NCBI GenBank assembly: GCA_041288045.1
Contig: JBGGMM010000004.1
Location: 1 to 45,995 of the forward strand
From: Pseudobdellovibrionaceae bacterium
GTDB taxonomy: Bacteria > Bdellovibrionota > Bdellovibrionia > Bdellovibrionales > Bdellovibrionaceae
DNA: 45,995 nucleotides
Direction: 5' to 3'
Shown here: piece after piece, positions 28,841-37,550 of the stretch
Layout: each line of letters opens with the position of its first letter
Position numbering within the stretch: position 1 is the stretch's first letter
Made by a program: the position numbers and the translations under genes
The notes under the pieces: model-generated
Seen by the model: only the letters and a program-made list of their open reading frames with translations
Database searches by the model: none
Told to the model about the DNA's origin: nothing

Positions 28841-29286
28841 TCCGGCTCCTGATAGCCCTCACAATCATCAGCCTCAATGCTGCAACTTCAGCTTTCGCTC
28901 AGTCCAATGATTTGAATTGGTCGGATGTCTCCCGAGAAATCGAAGTCACTTTAAAGGATTTGAAAAATCCAGCTCTGACGACCAAAGTGAGATTGCTGCG
29001 AATTCAATCCCAAAAAGAAGCTTCAGGGGCCCTGTTTCAAGAACTCTTAATAACAAAAAAATATGAAAGTCCCGGCGAGGAAGCACAATTCGCAAACGCC
29101 TACCAAAACATTGCGGCTCTGACGACTCTTTCCAAAATCCAATTAGGCAAAGACGGCAAAGCCACAGCCAACAGCTGCGCCGGCGTCCGCTCAATGTTAA
29201 CAGCCTCGCAACAAACCGCAAATGACGAACAGACAGTAGAGATTGAGAAAGACTTCAACGAAGTCTGGGCCTTGATCTGCCAATAA
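28825..29286 (+). CDS. Secreted helical hypothetical protein overlapping the transglycosylase stop
   Basis: AGGAGG RBS, signal peptide ending AFA, two Cys. Confidence 0.75.
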   Translation: MSRQLIRLLIALTIISLNAATSAFAQSNDLNWSDVSREIEVTLKDLKNPALTTKVRLLRIQSQKEASGALFQELLITKKYESPGEEAQFANAYQNIAALTTLSKIQLGKDGKATANSCAGVRSMLTASQQTANDEQTVEIEKDFNEVWALICQ

Positions 29287-29308
29287 GATTTTCAACGGGA
29301 TCCCAGGA

Positions 29309-29540
29309 CTGCACTCTGATTATCGTCTGCCTATAATCAGACGATAATCTGTGGACAGACTCGCATTATAAACCAAACCAAAAACCTCAACCCAGCTGTC
29401 CTAATTTACTGCCAGACGGCCCGGATGGCCGTCTGGGAGCCTTCGCACGGACGGACACACTCGCGTTTACCCTCAGCACCGCTGTGCTTGAGACCCTCCA
29501 AGGCCTCACCCCTTCGGGGCTCGCCTGCGGCGAGTTTCCA
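29309..29540 (+). repeat. Dispersed structured element, copy 2
   Basis: 12-bp perfect inverted repeat around TATAAT, 85-nt core shared with 16525-16609, terminal GC-rich hairpins. Confidence 0.85.
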
Positions 29541-29600
29541 GAAAAACCAAATGATTAGGAAGGGAAAATACTGTTCGTAGGATTTGTTGGCGGGCGGAAA

Positions 29601-30128
29601 TTAAATCCCCGCCTTGTTTCTTTCTTCATCGTCGACGACAGAAAGGATTCCGCCTTTGAGTTGGGGGCGGTAGGCCAGTTGTTCGATTCCGTAATGGAAA
29701 TTGGAACCGTTCACTCCTGGTGTCTGCCACTCGGGACCCATGCGGATGGCATCCACTGGACAAGCCTCTTCGCAGAAACCGCAGAAAATGCATCTCAAGA
29801 CATCGATCTCGTATTTGATTGGGTATTTTTCAACAGATGGGTCTTCGTGTTCGCTGGCGACGATCGAAATACAGTCGGCAGGACAGTTGGTCGCACACAA
29901 CATGCAAGCCGTACAGCGCAGAGATCCGTCTTTTTTCACCGTCAGAACATGGTTGCCCTTGAACCGCGGAGAGTATTCGAATTTCTCTTCCGGATAGTTC
30001 AAGGTCAGCATGGTTTTCTTTTGAAAAAGATTTTTCAAAAGATGGCGAAGAGTGATTCCCATTCCTGTCAGAATCCCTGGCAGGTACCACTTGCTCATTT
30101 CAGATGTGTTTTTTTGAACGACGCTCAT
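29601..30128 (-). CDS. nuoI: NADH-quinone oxidoreductase subunit I
   Basis: Two CxxCxxCxxxCP motifs (CTACMLCATNCP, CIFCGFCEEACP). Confidence 0.96.
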   Translation of the reverse strand: MSVVQKNTSEMSKWYLPGILTGMGITLRHLLKNLFQKKTMLTLNYPEEKFEYSPRFKGNHVLTVKKDGSLRCTACMLCATNCPADCISIVASEHEDPSVEKYPIKYEIDVLRCIFCGFCEEACPVDAIRMGPEWQTPGVNGSNFHYGIEQLAYRPQLKGGILSVVDDEERNKAGI

Positions 30129-31717
30129 AAACTTCCTCGGCGGAAAATGAATTCGTTTTTCTTACGGTGTTCCAACATCACACGGTCCGACTGTCGGTCC
30201 GCTTCAACGAAAGGACTGGTGGCTGGACGGATAGAAATCGCTTTCCCCATCATCAGCTCGCTCGCTTCCAACAAAGTCAAAGCTTCAGAGACGACCGTGG
30301 TGACTTTCTTGAATTTTTGCGCAAGTCCCGCATGATTCACGAAAGTTCCGTCTTTCTCTGTGTAGGATTTCATCGGGATGAGCCAGACATTGCCAGTCAA
30401 AGCATCCAGGTCTGCATTCTTACAAGACTGAAACCAGATCAAATTCTTGGCTTTGGAAAGCTCACGAACTTTGTCTTTCATATCTGGGAACTGGGCTTGA
30501 ACTTCAGGTCCTGCCACAACCACAGTCTCAATGGATCCATTCGCAAGAGCCGCTGTCAGATCCGACCACTTGGTGTTGATTCCATGGTTTTGCAGAACAG
30601 AGAGCAACCCCTTGGTATTGGGATTCTTATCCCCGCGCAAAAGGATGCCATCAAAGTCATTGGCTTTTTCCGGCATATTCATCCAATGGAAAATATTTTT
30701 GGATTTCAGCTCATTGACGAAATTGGAAATAATATTTTCATACTCTTCGACAGAGTACTGACCCGTCAGCACCAATGCAGTCTTGGTACCTGAAGCCTTC
30801 ACAACAGATGAAAGCTCTTTCGCAGCTGCACCAGGAAGCATTTCTTCCCAACCCGAAGCAAGACGTCGCTTGGCTCGAAGCCAACGATTCTCGCGGTTGA
30901 TGAATTTGTAGACATCACGACCTTCATCGCACATCCAATCGCCATTCACCTGCGCATTGTAAACTGGCTTCACGCGAAAGAAACCCTCGCGGTTGTAATA
31001 CATTTTCACATTGCAACCGGTGCTGCAGCCATTGCAGATGGTGTCGCTCTCTTTGAGATACCAAACCCGCTGACGGAATCGGAAATCTTTTGAAGTCAGA
31101 GCTCCCACCGGACAGATGTCGACAGTATTGAGAGAGTATTTATTATCCAATGGCTTATCGTCAAAAGTGCCAATCTCTGAGCGATCTCCACGATTGAAAA
31201 TCCCCAGCTCATTGGTCTTAGAAACTTCTTCGGTAAAGCGAACACAACGAGAGCAAAGAATGCATCTTTCAGTATCCAGAACCACTGTCGGTCCCAAATC
31301 CACCACTTTGTGCTTCTTCACTTTTTTCTCTGCCATTTCAGGATTGTATTTGCCGAATTCCATGTACTGATCCTGCAGACCACATTCCCCCGCCTGATCG
31401 CAAATCGGACAGTCCAGAGGATGGTTGATCAAATGGAAATCAAGACCCCATTTGGCCGCGTCTTGAACTTTTTCAGACTGGTTGGTGACTTTCATTCCCT
31501 CGGTGACCACTGTGTTGCAAGCAATCTGCAAACGAGGATTACCTTCGATCTCAACCATGCAAAGGCGGCAGACCCCGGCAATGGAAAGACTGGGGTGCCA
31601 GCAGTAATGAGCGACTTTGCCATTGGGCCAATCGCGCTTTTCACCATACATCGCTTCGATGATGGTGGTGCCTTCTTTCACTTCAACTTCTTTGCCATTA
31701 ATGGTGCATTTCGGCAT
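30125..31717 (-). CDS. nuoG: NADH-quinone oxidoreductase subunit G (short form)
   Basis: CRLCMVE, NHPLDCPICDQAGEC, CILCSRC, CNGCSTGC. Confidence 0.95.
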   Translation of the reverse strand: MPKCTINGKEVEVKEGTTIIEAMYGEKRDWPNGKVAHYCWHPSLSIAGVCRLCMVEIEGNPRLQIACNTVVTEGMKVTNQSEKVQDAAKWGLDFHLINHPLDCPICDQAGECGLQDQYMEFGKYNPEMAEKKVKKHKVVDLGPTVVLDTERCILCSRCVRFTEEVSKTNELGIFNRGDRSEIGTFDDKPLDNKYSLNTVDICPVGALTSKDFRFRQRVWYLKESDTICNGCSTGCNVKMYYNREGFFRVKPVYNAQVNGDWMCDEGRDVYKFINRENRWLRAKRRLASGWEEMLPGAAAKELSSVVKASGTKTALVLTGQYSVEEYENIISNFVNELKSKNIFHWMNMPEKANDFDGILLRGDKNPNTKGLLSVLQNHGINTKWSDLTAALANGSIETVVVAGPEVQAQFPDMKDKVRELSKAKNLIWFQSCKNADLDALTGNVWLIPMKSYTEKDGTFVNHAGLAQKFKKVTTVVSEALTLLEASELMMGKAISIRPATSPFVEADRQSDRVMLEHRKKNEFIFRRGSL

Positions 31718-32987
31718 GTCGCACACCTCTTACTTTCGAGTGTCCCTCGCGAACAAAGTATTCAAACTCATCACGGAATTTCGTTACAAAACTGAGAACC
31801 GGCAATGCCGCTGCATCAGAAAGAGCACAGATCGTGCGACCTTTCATATTGTCAGCAACTTTGATCAAAAGCTCGATGTCCTGCAATCGGCCTCGACCCT
31901 CCAGGATCGAGTGCACAATTTTATTCAGCCAGCCAGTGCCTTCACGGCAAGGAGTGCACTGACCGCAAGATTCATGATGATAGAAGTGAGTGAGAACCCC
32001 CAACATATCCACCATGCACTGAGAGTCATCGATCACAATCACAGCTCCTGAACCCAACATAGATCCCAAAGCCGCAATCGATTCATAATCCAGATTGGCC
32101 TTTTCAACTTCTTCAGCTGTCAAAACAGGAGCCGACGAACCACCAGGAATCACAGCTTTCAGTTTGCGGCCGGGCTTCATCCCACCACCCAATTTGAAAA
32201 TCAAATCTTTCAATGGCAGCCCTAAATTTACTTCGTAATTTCCAGGACGAACCACATTTCCGCTTAATGAGAAAAGTTTCGTGCCCGCCGATTTTTCAGT
32301 TCCAAATTTTCTGTAAGCTTGTGCCCCATCTTTAATGATCGGAACAACAGCAGCCAAAGTCTCGACATTGTTCACAATGGTGGGCTTGCGCAAATATCCT
32401 TGAACGGCAGGAAAGGGCGGCTTCAGCTTCGGCTGACCTTTTAATCCCTCAAGCGAAGAAATCATCCCGGTCTCTTCACCGCAGATATAAGCACCAGCAC
32501 CGGAGTAGACATCCAAATCAAAATCAACACCACTGCCCTGGATATTTTTTCCCAGAAGGCCAGCATCGTAGGCTTCTTTTAAGGCCTTATTGAGAACAGA
32601 AATCGGATAGTGATATTCACCGCGAACATAGATGTAGCCTTTTTTCGAACCAACCGCATAACCAGAAATGATCATGCCTTCGATCAATTGGTGAGGAGCT
32701 CGTTCCATCATCAAGCGATCTTTAAAAGTTCCGGGCTCTCCCTCATCGGCATTGCAAAGCAGATATCGAGGCTCGTTGTTCTTCGGCAAAAATCCCCATT
32801 TCATCCCAGTCGGAAAGCCAGCCCCGCCACGACCGCGAAGGCCCGAAGCTTTGACTTCGTCGATGATTTGCTGAGGCTGCATGGAAAATGCTTTTTTCAA
32901 AACAGCATAACCACCGTTTTTCTTATAGCCATCAAGCGTGCGAAATTCATCCAAGTGATAAAATTCGGTGAGAAGTTTGGATTCCAT
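31698..32987 (-). CDS. nuoF: NADH-quinone oxidoreductase subunit F
   Basis: GRGGAGFPTG, NADEGEPGT, GAGAYICGEET, SCGQCTPCREG. Confidence 0.97.
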   Translation of the reverse strand: MESKLLTEFYHLDEFRTLDGYKKNGGYAVLKKAFSMQPQQIIDEVKASGLRGRGGAGFPTGMKWGFLPKNNEPRYLLCNADEGEPGTFKDRLMMERAPHQLIEGMIISGYAVGSKKGYIYVRGEYHYPISVLNKALKEAYDAGLLGKNIQGSGVDFDLDVYSGAGAYICGEETGMISSLEGLKGQPKLKPPFPAVQGYLRKPTIVNNVETLAAVVPIIKDGAQAYRKFGTEKSAGTKLFSLSGNVVRPGNYEVNLGLPLKDLIFKLGGGMKPGRKLKAVIPGGSSAPVLTAEEVEKANLDYESIAALGSMLGSGAVIVIDDSQCMVDMLGVLTHFYHHESCGQCTPCREGTGWLNKIVHSILEGRGRLQDIELLIKVADNMKGRTICALSDAAALPVLSFVTKFRDEFEYFVREGHSKVRGVRHAEMHH

Positions 32988-33460
32988 TATTTCATCCCTC
33001 GCAAAATATTCATCGCTGATTCCGGCGTGAGGTTTTCATAGTAAGCATCATTCACTTGCATCATTGGCGCTGTTCCGCAAGAGCCCAGACACTCCACTTT
33101 GGAAATCGTGAAGCGCCCATCTTCGGTGATTTGATCGTAACCGGTCTTGAGCTCTTTGCAGAGATGACCTGCCAATTCACGAGAGTTGTTCAAAGCGCAG
33201 GAAATATTGGTGCAGACTTGCACGTGGTATTTACCCACTGGCTTCTGGTTGAACATCGTATAAAATTTAAAAACTTCGTTGATTCGCGCTTCAGGGATTT
33301 CCATCACTTGGGACAAATGATGAATCACTTCGTCGTTGATCCATCCTTTGTTCTCTTTCTGAGCAACATAAAGAGCCGGAATGATGGCCGATTCTTTGGC
33401 TTCATACCTTTTCAGCTCTTTTTTTACTTCTGCCAGACCTTCAGCACTCAATTGAAACAT
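32987..33460 (-). CDS. nuoE: NADH-quinone oxidoreductase subunit E
   Basis: CTNISC and CLGSC 2Fe-2S ligands; start re-placed after AGGAG. Confidence 0.95.
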   Translation of the reverse strand: MFQLSAEGLAEVKKELKRYEAKESAIIPALYVAQKENKGWINDEVIHHLSQVMEIPEARINEVFKFYTMFNQKPVGKYHVQVCTNISCALNNSRELAGHLCKELKTGYDQITEDGRFTISKVECLGSCGTAPMMQVNDAYYENLTPESAMNILRGMK

Positions 33461-33471
33461 ACTCATATCTC

Positions 33472-35154
33472 CTAGCGATCCAGCTCGCCAGCGATCAGGT
33501 TCATACTTGCCACTGTGGCAATGGCATCGGCAATCATCCAGCCCTTCACCACTGTGGGGAAGGATTGATAAATCGCAAAGCAAGGCGGACGGCATTTCAA
33601 TCGGTAAGGATTGGCGCTGCCATCGCTGACCAAGTAAAACCCAAGCTCTCCATTGGCAACTTCAGTCGCATCATAGACATCCCCTGGAGGAGGTCTAAGA
33701 CCCTTGATCACCAGCATGAAGTGATTCATCAGACCTTCGATATTTCCGTAAACATCTTTTTTATCCGGAAGAACGATGCCTTTGTCGCGAATGGTGAAAT
33801 CCCCATCCGGCATATTTCGGCAAACCTGTTCGACAATGCGAATCGATTGACGCATTTCTTCAATGCGCACCAAGTAGCGATCATAAATATCGCCACTGGT
33901 TCCAACTGGCACTTCAAACTCGAGCCCGTCATAGCCGTAGTAAGGAGTCGCTTTGCGCAGATCCAAGCCCACACCGCAAGCCCGAAGCATCGGACCCGTG
34001 TAGCCCCAAGCAATCGCATCAGCCGCTTTCACAGGCGCAATGCCCTGAGTTCGCTTGATAAAAATCTTATTGTCCAAAAGCATTTTGGAAATTTCATCCA
34101 CACCGGCGCGCATTTCTTTACAGAATGCCAGCACGTCTTCAATCCACCCATCCGGCAGATCCTGAGCCATGCCTCCAACGCGAGTCATAGAGACAGTCAG
34201 ACGAGCGCCAATGTATTTTTCAAACAGAGTGTAAACTTTCTCGCGGTAAGTGAAGAGGTGAAAGAAAGCTGTGAGCGCTCCCAAATCCACTCCCCCGGTC
34301 CCAACTGCAATGATGTGATCAATAACTCGAGAAAGCTCGGCCAAAATCACTCGCATCGCTTGCGCTTTTGGAGGAATTTTCACATCCAAAAGTCTTTCAA
34401 CAGCTTTGCAATATCCAATGTTGTTCATCGGCGCTGAACAGTAATTCAAACGATCGGTGTAAGGGATCACTTGATTGTAAGGATGAGTCTCAGCCATTTT
34501 TTCAAAACAGCGGTGCAAGTATCCGATTTCAGGCATGGCGCGAACAATGGTTTCACCATCGAGCTCGGCCATCACTCGCAGCGTTCCGTGCATTGCCGGA
34601 TGCGAAGGCCCGATATTCAAAGGCACATAGCGCTCATCCAGAACGTCCCCTGGCTGTCCAGGTTCATTGTCAAAGTGAATCGGCAGTGAACCTGTGCAGT
34701 GCTGTTGGCGATCCGCTTCGTAGTCCTTGCGCAATGGATGACCGACAAACTGATGATGAGTCAAAATTTTTCGCAAATTTGGATGGCCACGAAAAATGAT
34801 TCCGAACATGTCATAAGTTTCACGTTCAAACCAGTCAGCACCTTTCCAGACAGTGACGGCAGTATCGATCTGTTCATTTTCTGCCAGCGGAACTTTGATG
34901 CGCAAACGGCTGCCGTCTTTGGAAGAGAAAAGGTGATAAACAACGTCGAATTGTTTTTCTCGATGCGGATAGTGAGCGCCACAGACATCCATCAGGAAAT
35001 CAAAGCGATCGTTTTGCTTTAAAAACGACAGCACCGGAATGATATCGTCTTTTTGCACGACCATCGCATCATCGCCAAAAGCATGCGCGAATTCAAAACG
35101 GTTCAATTGAAAACGGGACGAGAGATCGGATTTGAGAGATTCCAAATTACTCAT
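33472..35154 (-). CDS. nuoCD: Fused NADH-quinone oxidoreductase subunit C/D
   Basis: [17 protein letters not shown] (NuoC); [19 protein letters not shown] (NuoD). Confidence 0.95.
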   Translation of the reverse strand: MSNLESLKSDLSSRFQLNRFEFAHAFGDDAMVVQKDDIIPVLSFLKQNDRFDFLMDVCGAHYPHREKQFDVVYHLFSSKDGSRLRIKVPLAENEQIDTAVTVWKGADWFERETYDMFGIIFRGHPNLRKILTHHQFVGHPLRKDYEADRQQHCTGSLPIHFDNEPGQPGDVLDERYVPLNIGPSHPAMHGTLRVMAELDGETIVRAMPEIGYLHRCFEKMAETHPYNQVIPYTDRLNYCSAPMNNIGYCKAVERLLDVKIPPKAQAMRVILAELSRVIDHIIAVGTGGVDLGALTAFFHLFTYREKVYTLFEKYIGARLTVSMTRVGGMAQDLPDGWIEDVLAFCKEMRAGVDEISKMLLDNKIFIKRTQGIAPVKAADAIAWGYTGPMLRACGVGLDLRKATPYYGYDGLEFEVPVGTSGDIYDRYLVRIEEMRQSIRIVEQVCRNMPDGDFTIRDKGIVLPDKKDVYGNIEGLMNHFMLVIKGLRPPPGDVYDATEVANGELGFYLVSDGSANPYRLKCRPPCFAIYQSFPTVVKGWMIADAIATVASMNLIAGELDR

Positions 35155-35716
35155 AGCTCGGAGCCTTCCAGTTATCTTTCCAAGGACGCGGTTGTTTTGT
35201 CGCAATCATTCGCTGCAAAGCCATCACTCCATCCAAAACAGCTTCTGGAGTGGGAGGACAGCCAGGAACATAAACATCCACAGGGATGACTTGATCACAG
35301 CCCTGTAGAACATGGTACGCACGATAAAATCCGCCAGAACTGGCGCAAGCTCCCATCGAGAGCACGAATTTGGGTTCGAGCATTTGCCGGTAAATTCTCA
35401 CCAGCACGGGCGCCATTTTTTCAGTGATTGTTCCAGCCACCAAAAGCAAATCCGATTGACGAGGAGAGAAGCGCACGACTTCGGCACCGAAGCGAGCCAG
35501 ATCATATTTGGGGCCCATCACCGACATCAATTCGATCCCGCAACAAGCAGTTCCGTAAGGCATTGGCCAAAGAGCATTTTTTTGTCCCCATGCGATGATT
35601 GAATCAAATCGCGTTGTCATCGCAAAAGAGCGCGACATATCATCAACGGCTTGAGTTCCAGACGCAGGATGAATCAGTGACTGCTGTCGGGAATTAGAAT
35701 TTGTCATGTCCGCCAT
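35147..35716 (-). CDS. nuoB: NADH-quinone oxidoreductase subunit B
   Basis: [25 protein letters not shown]. Confidence 0.97.
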   Translation of the reverse strand: MADMTNSNSRQQSLIHPASGTQAVDDMSRSFAMTTRFDSIIAWGQKNALWPMPYGTACCGIELMSVMGPKYDLARFGAEVVRFSPRQSDLLLVAGTITEKMAPVLVRIYRQMLEPKFVLSMGACASSGGFYRAYHVLQGCDQVIPVDVYVPGCPPTPEAVLDGVMALQRMIATKQPRPWKDNWKAPSYE

Positions 35717-36019
35717 AAAATTGTCCCCACATGTCTAAAATATCTCATGTCTCATTTCTTCTGTTGCCTTCAGTTTTCATTTGATTCTCAACTTGTCGCA
35801 AATTTTTTTCAGCAAGTAAACAATCAAAAACAGAGAAAACTAAATCTCTTCCAATGCTTAGGATTGTAGCATTTGAAGTTTCACTGACAATATGTCCTTT
35901 TCCCAACGCGTCCGCTCAGAAAGCACAAAAAAAGAAAGCTTTTCGAGGATTTTAGAATTGCCTCCCCCTCAAAAGCCTTCCTAAAATCATGGCAAATCAT
36001 CTTTCAAGGGGGGAAACAA

Positions 36020-37477
36020 ATGAAAGATCTAAAACCACTCACAGGAATGCTCTTCGCCCTGCTATTGGCGACAGCATCCAATTCACTAGCAGCGACCAAA
36101 GGTCAGGATCTATTAGTGAAATTTGCTCCTGGTCACAAAGCTCAAATGCGAATGATGCTGACAAGCTTTGCCAAACAGGGAGAATCCGCTGAAGCTTTGA
36201 CCGACAGCTGGGTGCGAGTCCAAGTTTCAAACCTCAGAGCAAAATCCACCCTTCTCAGCCTGCAAAATAACCCGGCCATCGAGTACGTTCAGCCAAATTA
36301 TAAAATCAAACTTTTGGAAAACTATCAGATCCAAGATGCATTGCGCCGCGCAGCTTTTGCTCGGGGCTTGGCAGCTGATCTTCAAGTTCAAGCAAAGCCT
36401 GACAATCCAGAAATTCCAGGCGCCCCTCAACAAGGCTTAGGAGCCGATCCAGATTTCAGCAAGCAATGGGGAATGAATGATATCGGCGCGAAGGAAGCTT
36501 GGAATCAAACAATGGGAAGCCCCGATATGATTGTGGCCGTCATTGACACAGGTGTAGATTACACTCACGAAGACCTGCTTCCAAATCTTTGGAGAAACAG
36601 CAAAGAAATCGCCGGAAACGGAAAAGACGACGACGGCAATGGATATGTTGACGACATGATTGGTTGGGACTTTGTGACCAACGACAACAAGCCATTTGAT
36701 TTGGCTGTCGACCCTGCTCAGCTTTTAACCAGTGGTGGAAATCCTGGGCACGGAACTCATTGTGCTGGGAATGTTGCTGCGAAAGGTGGCAATGCATTGG
36801 GAATCGCCGGTGTGGCACCCAATGTGAAAATCATGAGTCTTCGCTTCATCTCTGATAAAGGCGAAGGCACTTCTGCAGATGCCATCAAAGCGATTAAGTA
36901 CGCAGTTGATAATGGAGCGAAAGTTCTTTCCAACTCTTGGGGTTCAGAAGGTGAAGATCCAAAAGAAGATGCCGAAAACAAAGCACTTCGTGAAATCATC
37001 ACTTACGCTCAAACCAAAGGCGCTTTGTTTATTGCAGCAGCTGGTAATGGACATCAAGGCGTGGGCTATGACAACGACACCGACAAAGCCCCCGGCTACC
37101 CTGCCAGTTATGATCATGAAAACATCATCAGCGTGGCTGCAATTGATGTGAAAAACGAATTGGGTTCTTTTTCCAACTGGGGAATCAAAAGCGTCGATAT
37201 CGGCGCTCCTGGTGTGGATGTTTACTCGACAGTGGTTGGTGGAAGTTACAACAACTACGTGATCGACATCGGACCTTTCCAAGTGACTTGGGATGGAACT
37301 TCGATGGCAGCTCCGCATGTGGCGGGAGCAGCTGCCCTTTACTGGTCCGCTCATCCAGAAAAAGACTGGAAAGCTGTGAAAGCAGCTGTGCTTGACAGTG
37401 CCAAAGCCATTCCGGCTTTGCAGGGCAAAGTGGTCAGCGAAGGAAAATTGGATGTTCGGGCTTTGATGAGCCACTAA
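36020..37477 (+). CDS. Secreted subtilisin-like (S8) serine protease
   Basis: Catalytic triad VIDTG / GHGTH / GTSMAAP; signal peptide and pro-domain. Confidence 0.95.
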   Translation: MKDLKPLTGMLFALLLATASNSLAATKGQDLLVKFAPGHKAQMRMMLTSFAKQGESAEALTDSWVRVQVSNLRAKSTLLSLQNNPAIEYVQPNYKIKLLENYQIQDALRRAAFARGLAADLQVQAKPDNPEIPGAPQQGLGADPDFSKQWGMNDIGAKEAWNQTMGSPDMIVAVIDTGVDYTHEDLLPNLWRNSKEIAGNGKDDDGNGYVDDMIGWDFVTNDNKPFDLAVDPAQLLTSGGNPGHGTHCAGNVAAKGGNALGIAGVAPNVKIMSLRFISDKGEGTSADAIKAIKYAVDNGAKVLSNSWGSEGEDPKEDAENKALREIITYAQTKGALFIAAAGNGHQGVGYDNDTDKAPGYPASYDHENIISVAAIDVKNELGSFSNWGIKSVDIGAPGVDVYSTVVGGSYNNYVIDIGPFQVTWDGTSMAAPHVAGAAALYWSAHPEKDWKAVKAAVLDSAKAIPALQGKVVSEGKLDVRALMSH

Positions 37478-37502
37478 GAAAATCCTGTGAGTTGAAATCT
37501 TT

Positions 37503-37536
37503 AAGACCGAAGTCGATGACTTCGGTCTTTTTTTTT
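37503..37536 (+). terminator. Intrinsic terminator
   Basis: AAGACCGAAGTC-gat-GACTTCGGTCTTTTTTTTT. Confidence 0.88.
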
Positions 37537-37550
37537 GCGATCTTGAACCA

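Noticed and set aside
6155..36944. Long antisense ORFs (e.g. 6155..6796, 8397..9158, 29661..30335, 33565..34437)
   Set aside because: Shadow frames opposite well-supported conserved genes, with no motifs of their own.
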